A stretch of 64,000 nt of DNA from a bacterium. GTDB lineage: Bacteria > Patescibacteriota > Minisyncoccia > UBA6257 > JAGOQP01. A program made the translations under genes and the position numbers. Every line of letters starts with the position of its first letter. The stretch's first letter is position 1. This document shows positions 58,686 to 64,000 of this stretch, one piece after another. The stretch spans positions 809 to 64,808 of the forward strand of contig JAJXYJ010000022.1 of NCBI GenBank assembly GCA_021780615.1. The letters are read 5' to 3'. The notes under the pieces were generated by a model. It saw nothing but the letters and a program-made list of their open reading frames with translations, was not told the origin of the DNA and did not search any database.

Positions 58686-59036
58686 TTATGCCGCCGCATT
58701 GTCATGGTGCTCTTTGGCATATGCAGGATCAAACCGCGCCTCAGGATTTACCTCAAGAACAGCGGCAGAAATCTCTTTTCCCGTTGCTTCACAAACGCCA
58801 TATGTTTTTTTCTCAAATTTTCCAAGTGCGTGTTGCACCTCTGCGAGTTGCTCACGAAGTGCACGAGCGGAAGCGACGCGATTAAACAATTCTTCTGATT
58901 CATCGGTATTATCGTCAGGTCCCGGATAATCACCAAAATCAGGAGGCGTCTCAAGTTCCTTTATTGTTGCCTCAAGCGCATCTTGCCGTTCCAACAATAA
59001 ACTATGAAAATGTTTTTCTTGTTCCAATGAAAGCAT
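58686..59036 (-). CDS. DksA/TraR family protein
   Basis: Coiled coil with acidic tip (PDDNTDESEE); ALGKFEKKTYGVCEATGKEI...LEVNPEAR. Confidence 0.8.
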   Translation of the reverse strand: MLSLEQEKHFHSLLLERQDALEATIKELETPPDFGDYPGPDDNTDESEELFNRVASARALREQLAEVQHALGKFEKKTYGVCEATGKEISAAVLEVNPEARFDPAYAKEHHDNAAA

Positions 59037-59259
59037 ATATTGTATATACAATTACTATTATTATGGAGGGCGCCCAAAGCGCACCACACTACATAAAAAT
59101 AGTATAGCAACCATAGCACGAATAACAAGCGGGCGTGTGTGGAATACTTCATCCACGATATGTCATCGTTCAAAAAACCACGACCCGAGGCAATCACATT
59201 GTATAGCACATTACATTGCGGTCTCTTCAAAAAAACCTTACAATAACCCATATCACATT

Positions 59260-60441
59260 ATGAGTGCTGCAAAATCATACGCAATTTTTTTTTCTATTAT
59301 TGCGGCAACCGTGGGATTGATTGCAGGACTTCGCGCGACCACTCATGGACAACCAACAGCAATAATACAAGCGGCGGCAGAACAGACAAAAACCCCACCA
59401 CAAAATCCGTATCCACTTGCCACACCACTTTCTCTCAAACAAAAAGTGGGACAACTTTTTATGGTAGGAATACCCGGAACCACTATTGACGCAACAGCAC
59501 ACGCACTACTCACTCAATACTATGTTGGCGGTATATTTCTTTTAGGAAAAAATATAGAATCCCCCCAACAACTACTCTCCCTAACAACAACAGCACAACA
59601 CCAAGCGCTATATGCGGATAACGCAATTCCTCTATTTATCGCCACTGACCAAGAAGGAGGCGAGGCATCTCGCATATCATTCGGGGCTCACGCCGCCACA
59701 CCCCAAAGCGCCATCACTGATACTATTCAAGCATACATTCTAGCGCGTGAACGCGGAGAAGCTCTTAAACAACTCGGTATCAATACCAATTTTTCTCCAG
59801 TTGTAGACAGCATTCACTCCTCCTCATCATTCCTTTTCCCACGCACCTTTCATGTGCCAGATAATCAAATTGCATCACTGGCAAGCGCCATGATTAGAGG
59901 ATATCAAGAAGCAGGTATTATTGCCGTCGCAAAACATTTTCCGGGACACACTGATCAGGCACAAGATCCTCACCTTACCGCATCCTACAGTGCCGTTTCC
60001 ACAACAACTCTTCAAGAAAACGAACAACCATTTCAAAAACTCATTGCGATATCACATCCTCTTATGATGATGGTTGATCACGTTATCTACACACACATTG
60101 ACCCCCAAAATCCTGCAAGCATGTCTCCAACCATCATACGAACACTCCGCACTGATATGGGTTACCAAAATATTATCATTACCGATGATATGGAGATGGC
60201 GGCAGTAACTCAGCACACAACCTCTTTATCTGATGCGGTTATACAAGCACTTAAAGCAGGTGCAGATATTGTGCTTCTTTCTGGATTTACCGTTTCCCCA
60301 CAAGAACACGAAGCGGTAATACAAGCAGTACAAAATGCAGTACAAAATGGCATCATTTCAGAATCAACACTCAATCAAAAAGTTGAACGAATTCTTGAAA
60401 TAAAAAAACAAGCACTCGCCCAAACTCAAGAAAATAATTAA
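59260..60441 (+). CDS. nagZ: GH3 beta-N-acetylhexosaminidase, membrane-anchored
   Basis: ATDQEGG, NFSPVVD, KHFPGH...DPH, IITDDMEM. Confidence 0.85.
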   Translation: MSAAKSYAIFFSIIAATVGLIAGLRATTHGQPTAIIQAAAEQTKTPPQNPYPLATPLSLKQKVGQLFMVGIPGTTIDATAHALLTQYYVGGIFLLGKNIESPQQLLSLTTTAQHQALYADNAIPLFIATDQEGGEASRISFGAHAATPQSAITDTIQAYILARERGEALKQLGINTNFSPVVDSIHSSSSFLFPRTFHVPDNQIASLASAMIRGYQEAGIIAVAKHFPGHTDQAQDPHLTASYSAVSTTTLQENEQPFQKLIAISHPLMMMVDHVIYTHIDPQNPASMSPTIIRTLRTDMGYQNIIITDDMEMAAVTQHTTSLSDAVIQALKAGADIVLLSGFTVSPQEHEAVIQAVQNAVQNGIISESTLNQKVERILEIKKQALAQTQENN

Positions 60442-60460
60442 TACAAAAAATACTATTCTC

Positions 60461-60501
60461 TAGTATAAAACCCCTCGCAAGACGCGAGGGGTTTTATACT
60501 A
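60461..60501. terminator. bidirectional terminator
   Basis: 18-bp perfect stem TAGTATAAAACCCCTCGC-aagac-GCGAGGGGTTTTATACTA between convergent genes. Confidence 0.85.
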
Positions 60502-60526
60502 TCAAGATATATTTTTCTGCTATGTG

Positions 60527-61798
60527 TTATTGCGTTGCTGATGATGTCGATGCGCTTGGAGACACCGGAATAACGGGCGCCGCAGCATCAGGCGAAGACG
60601 TTGGTGTTGCTGATGGTGTCAGAGTAGGAATTGGCGTTGAGGTCGCAATCGGTTGAGCAGACAGACGTTTGAGAATATCCACCATCTGATTGTATGACGT
60701 CGTTATAATGAGCACATTGCGGCCATTCACCACAGCTGGCGTATATTCAAAAACTTGTTGATTTTTTATCGAAAAAACGAGATAGCGCACCATCAATCCT
60801 CCAATAAGGCCTCCTTTAAATGTTGCGGGAGTCGGAAGTGTGACGGGGGAAAGGAAAAATTGCGGAATGTCACTGGGAGATCCTTCTATAAGGGTGAATG
60901 CTGATGCAACTTGATCAGGAGTAGTAGCGGTATTAAGTGTTAAAACAACGCCAAGCTTAGAACCTCCGGATTTATCACCGTACAGCCACGTTGTAAAATC
61001 TTTTTCAAAAAATGATGAGAGTGATGATGCCGCTGAAGGCAAAAATGCCTGAAGAAAAACATCGGAAGTTATCGGCGTGCCACTTGCATCGGTAAAAGCA
61101 ATGTCACGCACCGTGCCAGCAAGAAGCGTATTTTTTGATGATGATGCAATGGCAGTTTGGAACGAACTCAGATCAGATCCAGTAAGCGCAAGTGTTGCCG
61201 ACGAATCAGGAGAAGGAATAAGTGATGTGTGCACAATCGGTGCAGGCGTCGATACGGGCGTCGATGAAGGAGTGGGTGTCGCTGTTGTGCTTGTGTCGGT
61301 TGCTGTAGAGAGCGCCCCTTGTGATGTTGGTGTTGGAGTCACAGGAGCGCTTTGATTTAATGCAGATACTAAATAAAACACTCCAAATCCTACCACCACC
61401 GCAAGCACAATAATACCCAAAATAACCAAAATTGTTTTTGATGATTTTGTTTTGGGAGGAAGGTCTGTCGCCGTATCACCAACAGCGGGCGTACCAGGGA
61501 CCCCATATTGATACGATGCGAAAGGAGGTTGTGACGAGGGACTACTTGATGATGATTGAGCAGAAGAAGGGGTTGGTTGTGCTGAGGCGCCAAATACTTC
61601 AGACGCACTCATAAATTGAGGTTCGGGAGCACCACCGCCCATCTGCTTAATTGATGCCGCATCGGATTGCATGGTACGCACCCCTATTTGTTGGTCAGAA
61701 GGAGGCGGTGGGGGAACGGCATTGTTAGGAGTCGACTGCGGTTGTCCCGATCCAAATGGATTGGTGCCCGAAGGAAATGAAGTGGGGTCTTGAGCCAT
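60527..61798 (-). CDS. single-pass membrane protein, Pro/Ser/Thr-rich
   Basis: Disordered N-terminus with VRTMQSD, one TM, PT-rich linkers. Confidence 0.65.
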   Translation of the reverse strand: MAQDPTSFPSGTNPFGSGQPQSTPNNAVPPPPPSDQQIGVRTMQSDAASIKQMGGGAPEPQFMSASEVFGASAQPTPSSAQSSSSSPSSQPPFASYQYGVPGTPAVGDTATDLPPKTKSSKTILVILGIIVLAVVVGFGVFYLVSALNQSAPVTPTPTSQGALSTATDTSTTATPTPSSTPVSTPAPIVHTSLIPSPDSSATLALTGSDLSSFQTAIASSSKNTLLAGTVRDIAFTDASGTPITSDVFLQAFLPSAASSLSSFFEKDFTTWLYGDKSGGSKLGVVLTLNTATTPDQVASAFTLIEGSPSDIPQFFLSPVTLPTPATFKGGLIGGLMVRYLVFSIKNQQVFEYTPAVVNGRNVLIITTSYNQMVDILKRLSAQPIATSTPIPTLTPSATPTSSPDAAAPVIPVSPSASTSSATQ

Positions 61799-61986
61799 AA
61801 TAAATAATGTTACTAATTATGTGTAAAGTATTTTTTTGTGCGACGAACGTTACACATAAAATAAATGTATGTGTACGCATTGCACATAGTATACCACACT
61901 CTTTCTCATTCATCTTGTCGTGCTGTGGATAAGATAAAAAAGAATGCGCGTAGCACGAAAGAAACACAGTATGGTACAATGCCCCT

Positions 61987-64000
61987 ATGGCAAAAAAAGA
62001 GGAACAAAAACAAGCAATACTTATTGATGCCCATTCACTCATTCATCGATGTTTTCATGCTGTTCCCCCACTTACCAATAGCAAAGGAGAACCGACGGGA
62101 GCATTATACGGAGTCGCATCAGTGTTGCTTAAAATCATACAGCGACAACACATCGACTACATTGCTGCCGCATTTGATCGCCCCGAACCAACTCTGCGAA
62201 AACAACGCTATGACCAATATAAAATTCATCGCCCTGCCGCATCCGACGAACTCGTTTCACAACTCATTGAATCACGCAATCTTTTTACAAGCTTTTCCAT
62301 ACCCGTACTTGAAAAACCGGGCCACGAAGGCGATGACATCATCGGCACATGCGTAGATCTCTTTACCAAACAACAAAATAATATACACGTTACCATTCTT
62401 ACTGGAGACCTTGATTCTCTCCAGCTTATTGACGATGAACGCATTGTGGTAGAAACATTTAAAAAAGGAATTACTGACACTGTTATATATGATGCCGCAG
62501 CGGTCGCCGCTCGCTACCACATTACTCCTGCACAATTTATTGATTTTAAAGCACTTGTTGGTGATGCATCAGACAATATTCCCGGCGTTGCCGGTATCGG
62601 CGAAAAAACCGCAACAGAAATTCTTACCACGTATGGATCCCTTGAAACATTTCTTGCGCAAGGTACCAACGAACGCTTTTATAAAAAAATTGCTGATCAA
62701 CGCAAGCAAGCATTTCTCTCAAAAGAACTTGCCACCATCAACCGCGCAGTCCCTCTTGATATATCCCTGAAAGATTTAGTTTTTTCATACGATCCTGAGC
62801 GGATACAATCATATTTTATAGAACAAGACTTCACCTCACTTACAAAACGTCTCAGTTCACAAAACACACTCCACCCCATCACTTCCGCGCGCGCAGCAAA
62901 GAACGCAACACCTATAGATGCTATGCCGCTGTGCCCCTGTACTGATGCTCATGGAAACATGGTGCATGTTGGCTATGATATAAAAAACTTTTTCAAAGAA
63001 GGGTCCGTTCCCGTTCCATACTTTGATGTCCGCCTTGCCCACGAACTCATTGGTATCAATGCGCGAACATGGCGCGAGTTGTCATTAAAACTTTTTAAAA
63101 AAGAATTGTCTTATGAGGATTGTATGCAACAAGCATACACCACCCTCTCTCAACGCATCGCCGAAAGCCCCGCGGTCAATGTATGGGAAAATATAGAGCT
63201 TCCCCTTATTCCCATTATCGCCCGCATGGAAAAAATTGGCGTCCTTATCGATCGCCTCCATCTAACTCAGGTAGGCGCCGCCCTTGACAAGGCGATTGCG
63301 GAAAAAGAAACGCTTATACACAAAACAACGGGGTTAATTAATATTAATTCTCCCAAACAGCTTGGCACATTTCTTTCAACCACCTACCACATTCCCGTCA
63401 CCTCAACGGCCGCTGATAAACTTAAAAAAATAGAAGAAAAAATTCCGCTCGTCAAAGATATTGTAGCCTATCGCGAACTCTTTAAACTACAAACCACCTA
63501 TGTGCGTGCCTTTGAAAAATTAGTCGCCGCCGATGGAACGATACACCCCACGTTCCTCCAACTTGGCGCCGCAACAGGAAGACTTTCATGCACCAATCCA
63601 AACCTTCAAAACATTCCCCAGGAATCATCGTGGTCACATGACATACGAAATATATTTATCGCGCCGCCACATACCACCTTCGTCGCATTTGATTATTCCC
63701 AAATTGAACTCCGTGTAGTAGCAACATTGGCCAATGACATGCACATGATTGAGGCCTTTCGACGAGGTGATGACATTCACACACTGACGGCACATAAAAT
63801 TTTTCACACACCCATTCATGAGATCACCAAAGCACAACGACGGCTCGCAAAGACGCTCAACTTCGGCATGGTGTACGGCATGGGTTCCCGCGCGCTTGCC
63901 CAGCAAAGCGGACTCTCCAGCGCTCAAGCAAAAGAATTTATAGAAACATACTTCAAAGAATTTTCCTCCATTAAGCACTGGCAAGAACAAGTCCTTCGCG
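61987..64000 (+). CDS. polA: DNA polymerase I (3' end beyond window)
   Basis: Not in ORF track. My translation gives ILIDAHSLIHRCFHA, EGDDII, GDASDNIPGVAGIGEKTA, TGRLSCTNPNLQNIP, DYSQIELRV, AKTLNFGMVYGMG. Confidence 0.96.
   Translation, partial: MAKKEEQKQAILIDAHSLIHRCFHAVPPLTNSKGEPTGALYGVASVLLKIIQRQHIDYIAAAFDRPEPTLRKQRYDQYKIHRPAASDELVSQLIESRNLFTSFSIPVLEKPGHEGDDIIGTCVDLFTKQQNNIHVTILTGDLDSLQLIDDERIVVETFKKGITDTVIYDAAAVAARYHITPAQFIDFKALVGDASDNIPGVAGIGEKTATEILTTYGSLETFLAQGTNERFYKKIADQRKQAFLSKELATINRAVPLDISLKDLVFSYDPERIQSYFIEQDFTSLTKRLSSQNTLHPITSARAAKNATPIDAMPLCPCTDAHGNMVHVGYDIKNFFKEGSVPVPYFDVRLAHELIGINARTWRELSLKLFKKELSYEDCMQQAYTTLSQRIAESPAVNVWENIELPLIPIIARMEKIGVLIDRLHLTQVGAALDKAIAEKETLIHKTTGLININSPKQLGTFLSTTYHIPVTSTAADKLKKIEEKIPLVKDIVAYRELFKLQTTYVRAFEKLVAADGTIHPTFLQLGAATGRLSCTNPNLQNIPQESSWSHDIRNIFIAPPHTTFVAFDYSQIELRVVATLANDMHMIEAFRRGDDIHTLTAHKIFHTPIHEITKAQRRLAKTLNFGMVYGMGSRALAQQSGLSSAQAKEFIETYFKEFSSIKHWQEQVLR

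Noticed and set aside
61865-63990. Short ORFs listed in the track in this region
   Set aside because: They are alternative-frame shadows of polA, which the track missed because it runs off the window.

Overview
A 64-kb piece of a small bacterial chromosome (code 11). Gene content and style point to Patescibacteria/CPR, Parcubacteria-like (inference). From left to right it holds: a surface-glycan locus (GT11, GT4, GT2, three methyltransferases, Wzx, O-antigen-ligase-like gene) headed by a small Xis/MerR-like HTH gene; a GIY-YIG gene embedded in REP-like repeats; an S-layer-like gene with a structured leader; a winged-helix gene carrying an internal iteron-like array; a Zn-phospholipase C/lamin-tail surface protein; housekeeping genes (clpP, nusA, secG, rnj, murE, ruvA, rpsT, holA, pyrG); a VirB4/PrgI/VirB6/pilin cluster; rsmA, pcrA, a PaaX/Cas2-like gene, comM, a dksA-like gene, nagZ and a partial polA. 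The most striking observation is a complete tRNA-Leu(CAG) gene nested inside the anticodon loop of a second, otherwise intact tRNA-Leu-like fold (30497-30676). Two other strong leads are a frame-independent, roughly helically phased 10-bp repeat array inside the wHTH gene (16823-17126), and 59-bp palindrome-bearing direct repeats that bracket the PaaX/Cas2-like gene (56289-57049). All calls come from reading motifs by eye; no database searches were run.
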